A program made the position numbers and the translations under genes. A DNA stretch of 64,000 bases, taken from Octopus sinensis (Eukaryota). Numbering within the stretch: the stretch's first letter is position 1; each line of letters starts with the position of its first letter. The notes under the pieces are model-generated. The model was not told where the DNA came from. It ran no database searches and worked only from the letters and a program-made list of their open reading frames with translations. Shown here piece after piece: positions 1-14,554 of this stretch. The stretch covers positions 2,542,001 to 2,606,000 of the forward strand of contig NC_043025.1 in assembly GCF_006345805.1 (NCBI RefSeq), in the 5' to 3' direction.

Positions 1-599
1 TGTCCTCTTTTCTCACTTTATCTGATTCTTAATACTCAACATTTATTATTTCAGTAGCGGGATCCATGAATATTCCACGGAATTAATTATAAAACTTTTC
101 GGTGACTCCTGAAAAATTTATCAAAAAAATCTGAAATCGTAGACTGTGTTGTGTGTGTATGAAAAGAATGTTTCTCATCTGCTATTCAATGAAAATTGAA
201 GGAAACTGAAATACGATGATTACTTAATGCACTTTATATATGTACTTTATATACTTCATGTACGATGTTATAGACTTAATACACAGCAATCATAAAATAA
301 ATATTTAATATTTTTTCCATATACCCCATAGAGAGAAAAATTACACTTTAAAATTTACATGGCCACAAATTCATATCAAGAAAACAAAAATATTATAGTA
401 AAAAAATTATTTTATAGGTAAAACATAGGGTTGAAAATTTAATGCAACATGGCATCGTCTGAAAGCCACATCGTTGGTAGTTCATAAGAAAGGCGGTGCA
501 TCAGAGCTTATACATATTTCAATTTGCGTACACCTTTCAATCCAATACTTCGTTACAGATTGTGTTGTTCGCGTAACTTCTCCCTCTTCTTTTCCCTTG

Positions 600-2660
600 T
601 TTGTCAGTGTTGATAACTTTAACTTTATATCAGATAATGTTTGTGAGCCCTTGGGAAACAACATATAGCTGACCATTAATACGCAGGTTCAAGCAAGAAT
701 AGCTCCAGTTTATCAAATGTCTGCCCACTCGATTAATTGATTGTCATTGCAATTGTCAAGCGAACGGGGTTTGGTATCTCAGTACCAGCCTTATTCTGTG
801 AATGAGAATACGTCTCCCGATCAATGTGCCACTTATTATTGAGGCTTCAATGGAGTCTTGATGGAGGGCTTCCCCTTTCAGTCTTGTTCCGTTATAGAGA
901 CCATTTTCAATTGAAATATTCCTCAGGAGCATGATTATGGAGTCAGGTTTCAAATGCAATCTAGGAGGTGGCATTCCAGATGGTGTCCATGAAATCAGAA
1001 ATTCCAGTGGATATCGCTCAGCTTCAGCAGGTCATCTGTGAAGACCTTATCCATCATGTAATAAAAGCACTGGTCACCTGGGAGTTTATCCATAACCCCT
1101 TCGTTTATCTTTAAGCAGTCTGAACCTTTTGGTGAGAGGATCACTCTACTTGTTCTTTGTTCTTGAGGGGCATTGCCAAAAAGCATCATTTATCAGCGAC
1201 CCATTAAAGCATGAATCACATAGCACGTTTACATCACTGACTCACCTGGATCTTGCATAAGAGCTGCGGAACAATTATCAAGGTGTTGTGGCCATGTTGC
1301 GAATTGTCTTCGATCTATTACTGCTCTATTTTGGCTCAACATATAAATGTCTGAAGTGTAACCAGAGAGGAGAGTTCTTAATGGAGATCTGAATTACTGC
1401 CTCACGAGTTCCTCTTGGCAATATTGGCAGAACTTGCTTGAAGTCTCTACCAATGAGCACAACTTTTCAACCGAAACCTTCATTGTTGCCAGTGATTTCT
1501 TTCAGAGCTTTGTCATTAGCAGGAAAAGCATACAGAGGGATCATGGAAGCCTCATCTATAATGATCAAATACAAATTTCTCAAATAATTTCTGGTCAGAG
1601 CTGGGTGGTACACTGCAAAAGCTAGTTTCCAACAGAGGAACGGGAAATTTGAGCAAACTGTGCACCGTCCCTCCACCAGACATCAATGTTGAAGCTATGC
1701 TTCTGCACGCACCACTTGATAGTTTCTCCTTCGTCTCCTTCGTAGATGTGAGATCAGCGTATTAAATATGTAATTCTTGTCCCAACCTCCAGGAACCTCT
1801 GCATAGAAGCAGGAACATTCCAGCACCTCACCTCACCTTTTCTTATCAACTGTCTTCAATGACTGCATCAGCGATCACTCTCTGTTCATCGGTAACGGTT
1901 GCAATGCCGGGGTGGTTCATGTCATGTTTATGCCCTACCCGTTACACTCGAACTGGTTCAGACAAGCCAATATTAAGACCTCTAATGCCATTTTCAATTT
2001 GCATAGAATTTATAGAGTGTAGAGTATGCATTCAAACCTCGCTGAGCATAATCTACCATCATGGTATTCTTGTGAGTGTTCCTCAGGCGAAGGACATTTG
2101 AAGGATTTGAATAGGTGCAAAGCACAACAAACGTGATACGCGGCTGAAATGCCATCCGATATGCAGCACCTTTAGTATGGCATGTTCCAACATCACATAA
2201 TTTTGGAGAAGACCAAGTCATATGTACGCATCTTTAAATCTTGCATAGATTTCACCTCCTACAGTGTTCACTTCTTCAAAGCTCCTCTCTGCAGGTAGTC
2301 CATAAGTCCACTGTACTGCTCTACGAGCAACTGGGCCTGATGGTCCCCAAGTTACTGCAATCAGCAACCCTAAATTACATCGTGAGTCGTCTGCGAGCGG
2401 ATGTTCTGCGTTTCGCCACATATAGAATCTTACAGTGCCATCCGGACTTTCCATGAGGGAATAGAAGTGGATAACTCATTGGGACTAGATGGCACAATGT
2501 CTACGAGATTCGCTCTGCAGGTATATTCCATGGATAGACAAGAATGTCTCTGTTTTCACGTTGCAGCAATTTCATTGCTTGTGGAAATATTGTAACGCCT
2601 TATATAATCCCTTCTTCTGAAGTGTAGTTCACACTTTCGCAATTGTACATTTACACTCCT
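600..2660 (-). mobile_element. Degenerate Helitron, PIF1-like helicase half
   Basis: Frameshifted ORF pieces: LYLIIIDEASMIP...ITGNNEGFG (Walker B, 1467-1676) and MPPPRLHLKPDSIIMLLRNISIENGLYNGTRL (756-974), with a GQLYV-like motif near 660-680. Segment 1815-2280 aligns with the Helitron at 54010-54475. Confidence 0.9.
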
Positions 2661-2859
2661 GGTACTTTCATTATAATATATATATATAATTGTAATATAT
2701 ATATACGCCGAACATATGACACTGTATATAAGTGTGAATATTTCATGGAATTGCATTTCTGATCATGCGTTAAGTGATAGGGGATTTAAAATACTTACTA
2801 CCACCACACCCACAACCACTACCACCATTTCTCTTAGCTTCCCTTTTTATCTCTTAACT

Positions 2860-4320
2860 TCTTACACATTATAACACTGAGGCTTTTCAACCTCTTGTCA
2901 ATCCTCTTCATCGCTTGTGTACGTGTACTCCACCATCGCCCATGCTAGCTTTAAAATCAAGGCATGCTCCGAGTTGGCGTCACCCGGCCACGAGCGATAT
3001 TCCTCTTTTAGTCCCCCCAGCCTATGAAACATGCGCAACGTTATGAACTCCACAGCCATCTGCGGAGGCCATTCGGGTTACCGTGCGAAGGCCAAAGGTA
3101 CTCCCTTGTAGTGTTCTACCACCACCTTTTCCACCACTCCCCCTCTATAACAGAAGAACAGCAGTTCTTTCTCCTCCGGTTACGAGGTAGTCAATCCTAC
3201 CATTGGCGGAACAATTCTTACCAAGTGTGTCTACCCACGCCACCCCGCCAGTGGCACGACCCCCACCGATTAGGCTCCATGTCTCCAACTGTCGGCAATA
3301 TCCCGTTTCTCTTCTTCCTCTATTTTCTTCTTGAATGGGGGAGGGTGCATCTCGTCCGTGACCGGAACATGTGCCTCCCCTCCCGCATTCCCAGACTCCT
3401 TCGGTGAGCACCCATTATTACTCACCTTCTTCCTTTTGCGGCTCTTCTTTGAGGCATCCTCTGTCTCTTCGGCCGCCTGCATTCCTTCTTCTACAGAAGT
3501 CTCCGTTAACCGCTCCAGGATTTTGCTTTGCCCTTGAGGACAGTTCTTTTTTATATGGCCAGGCTCCAGGCACCGATAAAACTTGGAGGGGGCTTCCTCA
3601 AGCATCACCGGATACTTGGACAAGCCGATTCTCAAAAAGTCTGGAAATACCAGACTTTCGGCTGACTTGGTCCAGAGGGTCAAAACAGCTTTTGACCCCT
3701 CCCAGTAAGCCGCAGGCAGAATATTTACATTGAAGAGCTTGGTGCTACTGCCACCCAGACCCCGGCGGATAGTATCTCCTATCCACTCGGGCTCAGCACC
3801 GGGTGGAAAGCCGCAAACCCAAGCCCTCGTCAACTTCTTCCCACAATAAGTGGGAAGAAATAAAATTTCATTGCCTTCCAGGAGCTGGCACGCAAATTCA
3901 CAATCCATTTCTGGGGAGTCAAACATCAACCACACGGTTGCATATTTGACCCTCCGAGTGATAAACTTAATAGCTGGCTTAAATTCTGCCATGTCTCTTT
4001 CGATTATATTGTTTGAAAACGGCAATGGCGTCGAGGATCCTAGAGTAGGTCCTCAAAACCACCGTCTTACTTTCAAGTTCTTTTAATCATCTTTTGGGTA
4101 GTATAAATTCCCACTCCACCAACTTTCCATTGTTCTTTGCCATGTTTGTTTTATAAAAATGTCCAAAAAACACTTCATAAAATACAAAATAATTAAGAGA
4201 AAAAGCCCAAACAAAAAAGGAGAAAAAATTAAAAGTTCAATAAAGAGTCTTTTTTTAAATAAAAGAGAGACGAAGAGAGAGCAGCAGTTCAAAACACAGC
4301 AAAGGCCACTCGGTACTCCA
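2860..4320 (-). mobile_element. Gag/ORF1-like zinc-knuckle element, decayed (copy A)
   Basis: ORF 3270-4025 (251 aa) has a degenerate knuckle FYRCLEPGHIKKNC followed by basic KKSRKRKK. A likely ancestral start MAKNNGKLVEWEF lies at 4143. A close paralogue is at 39997-41472. Confidence 0.7.
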
Positions 4321-5785
4321 GGCCAAAATTTTAACGCAAATCATTCAAATTTTCTTCTCATAGGAACTCCTTAACAGGAACAATATTGTTGAAATATTTT
4401 CTAAAAATTCCCAGAGTTATTCCTGGACAAACACGATTCTCAAACAAAATTTTGCGGCAGGATACGCCCACAAAACAATAATTTTCACAGTTAAGTGAAA
4501 AAATATTCACTCAGCTACAAGTAGACTAGAATCCAGTGAGGACTTCTTGTTTGTAAACAATAATTGTGGCAGACAGCAGGCCCCCACTAGACCCCCAAAA
4601 AAGTTTTACCTTACAGCTGAGTTTCAAAAATCTTCAATTTAAGACGGCTTCAAAAACACGTCTTTACAGCTTCAGTATCAAACACAACTCTGATTCGCAC
4701 ATGCTCAAGGTAGGCAAGCAGCTACTTACCACAAGCCATTCCTGCAATCGTTCTGGTGATGATTTTCAAATTTTTTTTTCACCTCAACGTTTGGAAATGA
4801 TGGCAGGAAGCTCTTTAAAAATTGTTTGAATGTGTTTGATTTTTTAAATCCCCAATCCCAATCGGTAACGATTTTGGCCAATGCTTTTGAACGACGCATT
4901 AACAAATGTTTTAAAGAAAATTTTGGAAATCGGTGATCACCATTATAATCCACACATTTTTTCAAACAAATGTGAAACGTAATTTGAAACAATGGCGACA
5001 TTTTAAAATTTGTTCATTAACCTCGCATATTCCCATAACGATGTTATTTTCCCAGCAGCTTTTGCATTTTTTGTCCAATTTTAATGAAAATCGACGAGTG
5101 AGCAAGGCTCATGGCAGTGAGTTGATTTCAGTATATGACGTTGAGAAAAAAAATGGTAATTGCGCCGGAGCAGTGGTTTTATAAAATCAATAGACGTTTT
5201 GCGTCAAAATACCCATAAGGGTTATATTTTTGGCCGTAAATTTCATATTTTTCATCCGATTTTAATGAAATATGAATTTTAGATAAATGTTTGGTGGTGG
5301 ATACGGTAAAAGGTATTTATTTAATTCAAAAGAGCTTGAAAAGGGCATAAAGGTACATAGGCATTTCCATACAGACATTCTTAACGATTTTGTAGAAATA
5401 TTACACGTGATTACAGTTCATGTCCATTAGTTGATACCAGATGAAGAGTTGACAAAAAATCGATCACTGATTTTTAAAAAATCTATAGGCCTTTTGTATG
5501 CAATCACCCATAGGATTAGTATTTTAGGCTGTAACTTTTACACAATTCATTCGATTTTAATGAACTTTGACTTTTAGATAAAGTTTAAGGCCTGAGTCAT
5601 GTAGTAGCATTAAAATTAAAATGATGAAAGGCAGAAATCGTCAAAATCATTCACAATAAAATAACGAACTGATTTTGAAGAAAATTGAACAGTGTGTAAA
5701 ATTATAATATATAAAACGTCGGTTATTTATATAACGTATTGAGATAAAAATGTCAATGGAATATTTTCATGTAAATGGTCACATG
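4320..5785. repeat. Unclassified AT-rich non-coding segment duplicated at 41472-42941
   Basis: Direct alignment between the two copies; no recognisable coding motif. Confidence 0.55.
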
Positions 5786-6117
5786 GATTCTATTTTATGA
5801 TTTTGCTGAGATTGGACACACTGATCAATTTTGTACCGAGAGTAACATTCAGGGGAAAGAAATAAACAGACATCACTCTCAATGTGTCGAAGTACACCCA
5901 AACGTTTCAATGCGATTTCAGACGGTCCAGTATGGAGGAGTATGTCCAAAGCGTTAAGCGGGTAAAATCCCTGCCGAATCAGATATAACATCTTAATTGG
6001 TAACAGTTGGTAGAGGGAATGTAGAAGATTTCGATACAAGTTCAGAGGTGGGCTTAACTTCAACACGGAAAACACGAGCAATATATATATATGGATGCAC
6101 ATGAGCATATATATATA

Positions 6118-6368
6118 GAGGCAGAAGTTCTAGTGGTTAGAGCAGCACACTCGCGCTCGACGGATCGCGGTTTCGAATCTCAGATTATGCGATGTTTGTT
6201 TATGAGCGGAACACCACAGCTCCACGCGGCTCCGGCGTAAGGTAATGGTGATCCCGTGCTGACTCTTTCTCCATCACATTCTCTCACTCTTTCCTCCTGC
6301 TTCTCGCAGCTCACCGGCAAAGGTCCAGCGTTAAGAGCCAGGCATGGCTCGAGAATGAACAGACAACA
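6118..6368 (+). mobile_element. Decayed tRNA-derived SINE, same family as 61239-61625
   Basis: A-box-like TAGTGGTTAGAGC and B-box-like GGTTTCGAATC; the body aligns with the reverse complement of 61239-61625. Confidence 0.75.
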
Positions 6369-6379
6369 ATATATATACT

Positions 6380-6770
6380 ATTTATTAATTTAATGGACAC
6401 AGTACATGACTTTAAGTTCAGTTTCATATGTTGAGGGATATCTCAAACATATACACCAGGCACAAACAACATATCGTTACGAACTAAAGAAAAATGAATA
6501 AGAGAAGAAACTTGAGAAAACTGAGAATATAGCATATAGAAAATGTAGAAAGTTAAAAACAAAAGAAAATGAAAACACAAAAAATCTAAAAATTAAAAAG
6601 TAGAAAGGTGAAAGTGTAATCCTTCTTAGGCCTTAAATTAAAGGGATGGAAATATAGCAAAATGTTAATAAAGAATAGGTAGCGAACTTAGTAGCTTTGC
6701 TTGTGTCCTTATGTCGGAAGGAGGCTACGTGATTGGCATACCGATTTTTAAGTTTATTCTTTTTATCTAA
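6380..6770 (-). mobile_element. 3' fragment of a Naiad-type Penelope-like element
   Basis: The minus strand reads KNRYANHVASFRHKDTSKATKFA (GIY-YIG helix region). Downstream is a decayed hammerhead-like motif at about 6410-6462 (stem ATATGTT...AACATAT then GAAA). Confidence 0.55.
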
Positions 6771-6864
6771 ATATGTATGTATATATAAGTATGTATGTTT
6801 GTATGTTTCTATCTGTCTCTCTCGCTCTATCTAAATTATCTATCTATCTATCTATCTATCTATC

Positions 6865-8942
6865 CGACGTTTTGGCGGCGAGGTTGGCCCTCGACCAACA
6901 CTTCAACGTCAAACACGAAGGGTGTGTTGTCAGAGCTAAGATGCGTGCTCTGAGAAACGAATGAGTTAGAGCCGCGAGAGAAGCCCGGGTGGCAGAGGCG
7001 AAACAGGGCAACAAAGTCATCATTCAGTCTCTGGTAGATGAACAGGGGCGTGAATTGCTCGAGCCAAGTAAAATGTGTGAGGCCTTCAAACAGCATTTTG
7101 CCTGCGACTTTTCGGTACGAGTGGCCGGCAAGGACGTACGGGGACATCTGTGTCTACCTACACAGCCTACCACGACTCTCGACAAGAAAAGGCAGGGCCG
7201 ACATTCCATGACGACCGCCACCTGATGCGCTACATCAAGACAGGGTAGTTAAAGAACTGGCACGGGTGGGGCGCAGATCAATTTGGATCAATCGAAAGCT
7301 TTCGATAGGGTAAACCATCGATACTTGGAGTCTGTCCTCAAAGCGGCTGGATTCGGTCCCCGTCTTCCGCAGCTGGATAGCCGCTTTGTACACAGGCATC
7401 CGTACGGTAATTCGCGTAAATGGACTTTTATAGAGACCTTTAGATATTGCACGTTATGTCCGTCAGGGATGCTCCCTTTCGTCGCTTCTGAACGCATTGT
7501 CTCTCGAGCCAATATTACGGAAGCTGCCAGCTATGAAGAAGTGGAATGGATAATGAGCAGGTTGGCCACTCTCGCCCGGCAATGGGCCGAGAGAAACTGT
7601 CCCTAAATGTCGGGCGGAGGTGGCGAACTCGTACATTGCGTACGTCATCTACTACCGCCTGACCGTCGTGCCTTGTCCCGACCCAACCATCACCAAACTA
7701 GAACGCATTCTCTTTCGCGTCTTGTGGAAATGATGCGTCCCGATGGTCAGGCGATCCATTTGCTGTCAACACCCGTTAAAGGGGAGGACTGGCCATGCTT
7801 TTTTGATGATGCTCAGACACGCGCTAAGACTGCGACATCTCAGGCTCTACGTAGACGACGGTGAACAAGTGTGGTCGCCGTTTGTGAGGCACGCTTTCCC
7901 GCAACTCATCTCCATGACCGAACTGCAGTCGTGGATCAAAAAGATGCCGAGAAAGTGCGAATGGCACCGCGAGTGTCGTGTTGCTCTCAAGCAACTCTGC
8001 CGTCCTGGGTCGACCATGAGTGACATCAACACAACCCAAGCATTCTATAGGGGATTAGTGGAGGGGAGGTACGACGACGAGCTCGGGGCGAGCCTGGACA
8101 TCGACGAGGAATACCTGACCCGCATGTTCAGGACGACTTTCGGGCCAGGGCCCATTGACAACGTCCAGAGATCCCTGGCCTGGCAGTGCTACCGAGAAGC
8201 GCCACTCCTTCGGGATAAGCTCTACAGACACGGCTCGAGGAACACGGGGCCGACCTGCCCGAGATGCGGTCAGAGTGACGAAACCGTTCTGCACGCACTC
8301 GTGCAGTGTCCAAACATTTCCGAACTGTGGGCTTATGTCGAACAACTGCTGTCACGTGTGGGACGAGTCGGTTAAACAGCCGAGTCTATCGTCAATATTG
8401 TCACGCCTCCTTTTTTCAAGCAGAAAGGAATAGCTATTTTCATCATATGGCGACAGAATGTATCTGGTGGATGCGTATGAAAGGATTGGAGACAAACACT
8501 TTCCTCTCTGGTCAATCTCTCATCAACATCTTGTATCATCTTTTCAAGTATGGGTGAATGTAGCAAAAGATGGCACGTATGAATGACGAAGCCAGCTTGA
8601 GCATAATCCTATGAAACCGGATATTTAAAACAGAGGGTTACTTGAAAACAAATTTGGTAACATGTAACAATATAGACCGAGGTTACCGTCTTTTTTCCGT
8701 AGGCTTTTCCTCTCGCGGATAAAACTTATCTGCTTCCCCTTTACACCTTACATCATTACACTGTGATACACGATCCCTATTGATCGTCTTTTCTTTTGTT
8801 TCTTTTCCTTATTTCTTCTTCTTTCACTTTTATGACCCCTTTTGATTGAAAACCTACCCCAACATTTATTTCCTAGAAAAGAAAAGCTCTACATTGTAAT
8901 CTTTCCCGTCTGTATGCAGCTCTGTGTGCCTAATGAAGAAAC
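6865..8942 (+). mobile_element. 5'-truncated, internally deleted Tx1/L1-clade LINE
   Basis: RT motif DQSKAFDRVNHRYLESVLKAAGFG (7283-7606) and C-terminal CPRCGQSDETVLHALVQCP (7743-8375). Flanked on both sides by (TCTA)n. Confidence 0.9.
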
Positions 8943-8980
8943 ATCTATCTATCTATCTATCTATATATAATATCTATCTA

Positions 8981-9019
<39 letters not shown>

Positions 9020-9020
9020 C

Positions 9021-9052
<32 letters not shown>

Positions 9053-9104
9053 GTACATATATAAATGTATATGTATATCTATATAAGTGTATGTGTGTAT
9101 AAAG

Positions 9105-9460
9105 TCAATGGCGTTCGCGTAAAAAGCTTGATTTCCAACCACATTGAGTAGGGGTCAGTGTTAATACGTGCTGCCTTCACCAATTGTCCAATTCTAATAC
9201 TCGTGTCATGATTCGATTTTGTTGTCAGAAACTGAAAGAGGCCTGTCTACATATATACAAATATACATGGTGGTATGTGTGTGTGTGAGCTTTAAACATT
9301 GTGCTTGTATTAGTCTCTGGAGAATTTCCGTCCACGTAACTTACAGTTCCTCAGTAAAACCGATATAATAAGTAACAGACTTTCAAAATTTAAATACCTG
9401 GGAGAAATATTCGAATAAATATACCTTCTAGGAGTGTTGCCAGCATGTTTGCTGATTAAT
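9105..9460 (+). mobile_element. Old decayed SINE (paralogue at 43820-44170)
   Basis: Contains GAAACTGAAAGAGGCCTGTC and an internal GT tract, matching the reverse complement of the SINE at 37010-38498. Confidence 0.55.
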
Positions 9461-9625
9461 CACTTGAATATTTGGAAGATAATATTCTTTATATATATGT
9501 ATGTGTGACTGTATGTATGTGAGTGTGTATATATGATATTACTCGTGTGCATAGATATTCGCATGCATGTATATATGTATATAGATATATATATATATAT
9601 ACATATATAATATATATATATATTA

Positions 9626-9657
<32 letters not shown>

Positions 9658-10108
9658 CTCACAATTAAGAGACAACCCACCGTAAAGTAATTCAATTAAT
9701 AATTAAAGATATATCTATAATAAATATAAATATAATATATATTAATATATACTTAGACATACTATACTAAATTATGCACATTAAATCGAAGAGGCGCGAT
9801 TTGTGACGATATATTTAAATCGACATTATCAAATCGATAATCTGAAAAATTTATATTTCTTTCGATCAATGATACAGAGCTACTCTTCAGGTCTATATAG
9901 CATAAATAAATCACAACGAAAGTGAAGACATTATAATTAAACTTTTAATCTATTATTATACATATATGTATATGTATATATATATATATAATATATATAT
10001 ATATATAGATAGATAGATATATAGATATAGATATAGTAGATAGATAGTATATATATGTATATATATATATAGATAATATATTTATATTATATATATATAT
10101 ATATTATA

Positions 10109-10188
<80 letters not shown>

Positions 10189-10884
10189 GAACATGACCCA
10201 CATTGGGAACACGACACGCAGTTAGTGTGAGCGGTATACTTTCATAAGGAGTGGGAAGGTTTACTATGAGAAAAGATGGAATAAGCAGAGCGTGAACTTT
10301 TCGATTTGTGTCACATAATTTGAAATTTGAAAAGTATGTGGAAATCTTGAAATTTATTGATTTATTCGAGAAAAAGTTTAGAAAACACATCAAAGGTTCG
10401 AAGTTTTATCATTTTTACCCCATTGGAAACAAGATTTGGAAGCTAAGCTGTTTGTGTTTGAACACTGTATCATAAAACAGAAGTAGGAGAGATTTTAACA
10501 AAAATGAAGCAATGATTGATTTTTAATCACATAGAGGTGAGAGAGAGAAGAGAGAGAGAGAGAGAGCATCAAATAGTATGGCAAATATAGATACATGGGT
10601 AGTGAAAGATATAGAGTGGGGAGTTGAGATCTCAAAGTTGGGTTATTTCACGTGGAGGATATGATATTTATTATATATTATGGACGATGTTTACCTTGGA
10701 AATCGAATTTCGAAAATCAAATTCGTTTTTTTCTCGTGGACGCAAAGTTTCAGAGGCTTGCAGGTTTAAAAACACAAAAAAACACTACACCCGTATATAT
10801 GTATATATGTATGTATGTATATATGTATGTATATATGTAAGTATGTATGTATGTATGCATGTATGTATGTATGCATGTATGTAT

Positions 10885-10931
<47 letters not shown>

Positions 10932-10955
10932 AAAAGCAACAAGAATGGATTAGTT

Positions 10956-11044
10956 TTCAGTTCAATTGTTTCATACGAAAACAGCTTTATTAAAAGCTGA
11001 AGATATTGCAGCAAATACAAGTGTCCCGTATTCATCAGCCTGAA
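10956..11044 (-). ncRNA. Hammerhead-like motif (type I, decayed) in a ~300-bp insertion present only in copy A
   Basis: Minus strand: ttcagg-CTGATGA-ATACG...CGTAT-GAAA-CAATTG-aa-ctgaa. The cleavage-site U is mutated. Confidence 0.55.
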
Positions 11045-11283
11045 CACATATGAGTTTTCCAAACATCCTAGGAGTGAGGCTACACTTATGAAGTATCGAA
11101 GAGAGTTTCAATAAAAGCAAAGTCAGATTGTATCAGACTTCAAAAGTTCTCTAATGATGCACACTTTTGAAGTTAAGTACCGCATTCATGTGAACCCATT
11201 GGAACTCACTTGAATCTTAATTTATAGATATAGATATATGTTAATATATTAGATATACGTTATACATAAATTGTTATATATAT

Positions 11284-11332
<49 letters not shown>

Positions 11333-11559
11333 CATACATATATAGTAGAAATATGTTCAATAAGAAAATAGAAAATACGAGTGGAAATATAAGGGAAAAT
11401 ATGAAAAATTCACGAAAATGCACATTGTAAATAAAACAAGAAAAAGCTTTTTATGAAAGCTACCGACATATATATATACGTTTAGATGGACTGAGGTAGT
11501 AATAAGAGTCATAAAAGTCATTATTATGAGATGAAAAGAGTCAGAAAGCATACCATGCT

Positions 11560-13428
11560 TTCTGAGCGGTGTCAGTCTAAAAGTTCCTGAGTAAAAAATT
11601 ATTTGTAAGGGAGGTAAGTAGTTCTGGATTTTGTGCAGTAAGGTTAGATATAGAATAGTAATGTGAATGGTGTAGGAATGTATAGTGGTTAGTGGTGTTA
11701 ATTGAAGGGTTAGTAGTGTTCTATATTAGTTATGCGTTTATATTCAGTTATGGAAGATATTTATTGATGAAATTGCGTCTTTATTCAGCCTTTGTTGCAT
11801 TGGGGTGTTCTGTGAACATTGAATAGGGAAAGATTTAGAAATTAGGATTAAGATTCATGTGTTCACTAAGCTGTAACTGTCTGTATTGTGGGTGGCGGAT
11901 TTGCTCTCTTTGGATGGTGGTTCTTCGACGGAGTGATTTCAGTTTGTCCAATATAGTGGTTACCGAATCTAAGCATGTCATTGCATAGATTAGATTTTCC
12001 GAGGCGCAGGGGAAATTTGATTTGATCTTAAATATTTCACCTTGTTTGAAGTGGAATTCTGAATAATCCAAAAGGTGGGGGCATGTTCCACAGTTGAGAC
12101 GACCACATTTTTTTCACTTTTGTCTGTTAGTGGATATAGTGACTTCAGTTGCATTTTGCTTTCTATAATTTTGTATGAGCTTAAAATTTCGTTCGATGTT
12201 ATGTCTCCTGTGAGGATGGGAGGATTTGGGGTGACAATATCGAAGGCCTCGTTGTTTCTAGGGTTATGTGTGGAAATGTACGGGAGTATTTTTAAGTCTG
12301 GTTTAGTATTTCGGCTGGCTTGCCTTAATATTTGTATATCTAATTCCTTAGCTCTTTTAATGTCATCATTCATGAATGAGATTCGGGAATGTCTTTTAGT
12401 TAGTGTTGATCTAAGTTCAAGGAGTCTTGTTCACCAGTATATGTATCCGAAACTATGGTGCAAATTCTTTTCGTTAGATTAAAAGATATATTAATTTTTA
12501 TGTGTTTCGGGTAGGAAGAGTTAAATATTAGGTGTTGTTTAGAATCTATGGGTATATAAATGATGCCTGTTTCTATGTGGTTGATAACTATTTTAATTAA
12601 GATGTCTAGAAAAGGGATTTGTTTACTGTTGTGTTCCATAGTGAACTGTATATTGCTATGTATGTTGTCAAGCATTACTTGCAAATCAATAGTTGCAAAT
12701 CAGCAAGATGAATTTGAGTGCTTTGATTATGATTCTGTGGTTTGTGCATACTGAGATGGATAAACATAGTCATGTGGGGTATTGGTGTACAGATTCACCA
12801 CATCGAAAGATACCAACAGGGTTCCTTCCTTTAATGTATTCGGGAGGTGGTTCAGCATGTCTAGGTCATCACTGATAAGTCTTTGCACATATTTTTATAA
12901 AACGTTTTGAGTAAGATGTCGAGGAAGTTGCTCAAACGGCGGGTTTCACAAGAAAGGCCATCTATGATGGGTCTCAGTTTGAGGTCAGTAGGGGGAGGGA
13001 CATTAATGCATAAGCTTGTAGAGACTTTGCAGGCTTCAGAAATGTGTGGATTTTTATGTATTTTGGGTAATCCGTAGAATAGATTAGGACTGTATTTAAA
13101 ATTGGATAAAAAGTCTATTTCAAGATTAGTGAGACGCTTTCCATGAATTTGGAGTAAAGAGGGCAGGTTTTCTGTGGGTTGTATTGTATTAACTTCTAAT
13201 AAGTATTATTTTCCAACATGGAAAGTATTAAATTTTGTAGTATTCTGTATTCATCACTACTACCGCACTTCCTTTGTCGGCTTCTTGGAATACGTTGAAT
13301 TTGGAATTTACGAGGCAAAAGTATTGGTGTAGAGTTTTAGCCAGCGTTCGTAGATTTCTTTCTGCCGTGTGGTGTTTTAATCGTATTGCAGAAATAAAAT
13401 TTTCTGGCTTTAAGTTTTTCATTCCATA
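11560..13428 (-). mobile_element. Degenerate Penelope-like element (Penelope/Poseidon-type RT plus GIY-YIG), copy A
   Basis: Motifs EADKGSAVVVMN, IQFTMEHNSKQIPFLDILI, ILPYISTHNPRN and FPCASENLIYAMTCL, with many frameshifts. Confidence 0.88.
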
Positions 13429-13557
13429 TGCCTCCTCACACAAAACACACACACCACACACACAACACACACAACACACACACACAGGCACACACACATA
13501 CACCCATACACACACACACACACACATATACATATACATATATATATATATATTATG

Positions 13558-14399
13558 TACAGGATACCGTAAATATAGCCTCGTCTAAATTATGCCAAAA
13601 TGAAAAACACTGACATCCCATTTTAACAGGTATATTTACCAGTATAACAGAAAAATATCTTGAAAGTAAATGTATTCAATAAAATCGCTGTTGGCTTCAA
13701 CCACGTCTTGCGGTCAGCTTCGGAATCTCCTGCAACTCCTCTCGACGGTCACCTTGTTTAATTTCGTGAATACTGCCATAATCCTTGCATTCAGTTTATC
13801 TTTGATGCTACAAGGGGTTTTGCTGACCTCTCAGTCAACTGCGCCCCACGCATAATAATCAAGGGGGTTCCAGTCTGGGGAGTTAGATGGCGTGATTTTA
13901 GGGGTGATGTGGTCGCAGAATTTGTCTGACAGCCATGGCTGGGTTCTCCTGGTTGTATGGCATGGTACACAGTACTGCTACCAGAGATAAGATCTTCCAT
14001 CAGCCACCCCTTTGCTCTAGGGAAGCACTACCTTCTCCAGGCACTTGATGTAGGCCACCGTATTGAGTATGAAACCGTGAATGAAAGCATAATGTCCCAT
14101 CACTAGTGATCACTCCAAACACCATGATGTTGACTGGATGATTGATTTTTATCAGTCGGAGTACATGTCCTTGGATTGAACATTCCTCAGACTGACACCC
14201 AAACACTCTGAAATGTTCATATTAGATCTTTCGGCACGGAATGCCAAGCAGTACAGCATGTCGTTTCAAAAAGTTATGGCAGAGTGACAGACGGTACCCA
14301 ACTGATCATACTATACTGAGTGGTCGACAAAATCAAAACACAAGAATGCGCATGCGGAAATTAAAAAGGTAATGTGGCAATTTCGTGTTGCAACGTGTA
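13558..14399 (-). mobile_element. Deleted IS630-Tc1-mariner DNA transposon (maT/DD37D-like)
   Basis: HPVNIMVFGVITSDG and NSPDWNPLDYYAWGAV on the minus strand, with TA-flanked TACAGG/TACACG-type termini. Paralogue at 48385-49497. Confidence 0.8.
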
Positions 14400-14554
14400 T
14401 ATATATATATATATATATACATACGATTAGTGTTGGCATGAATGTGATATAATATTTTCTCTTGTATTCAGTCCCACTGCGTGTATCTGGCTTACAGCAC
14501 AACAAACTCGTGTATATTTGTTCAAGGTAACTAAAAGAAACCCATCGTATACAT

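Noticed and set aside
9460-11062. Y/I/C/V-rich ORFs here and at 16169, 44608-45756, 60808-61294 and similar sites
   Set aside because: These are translations of (TA)n, (CA)n and (TATG)n microsatellites.
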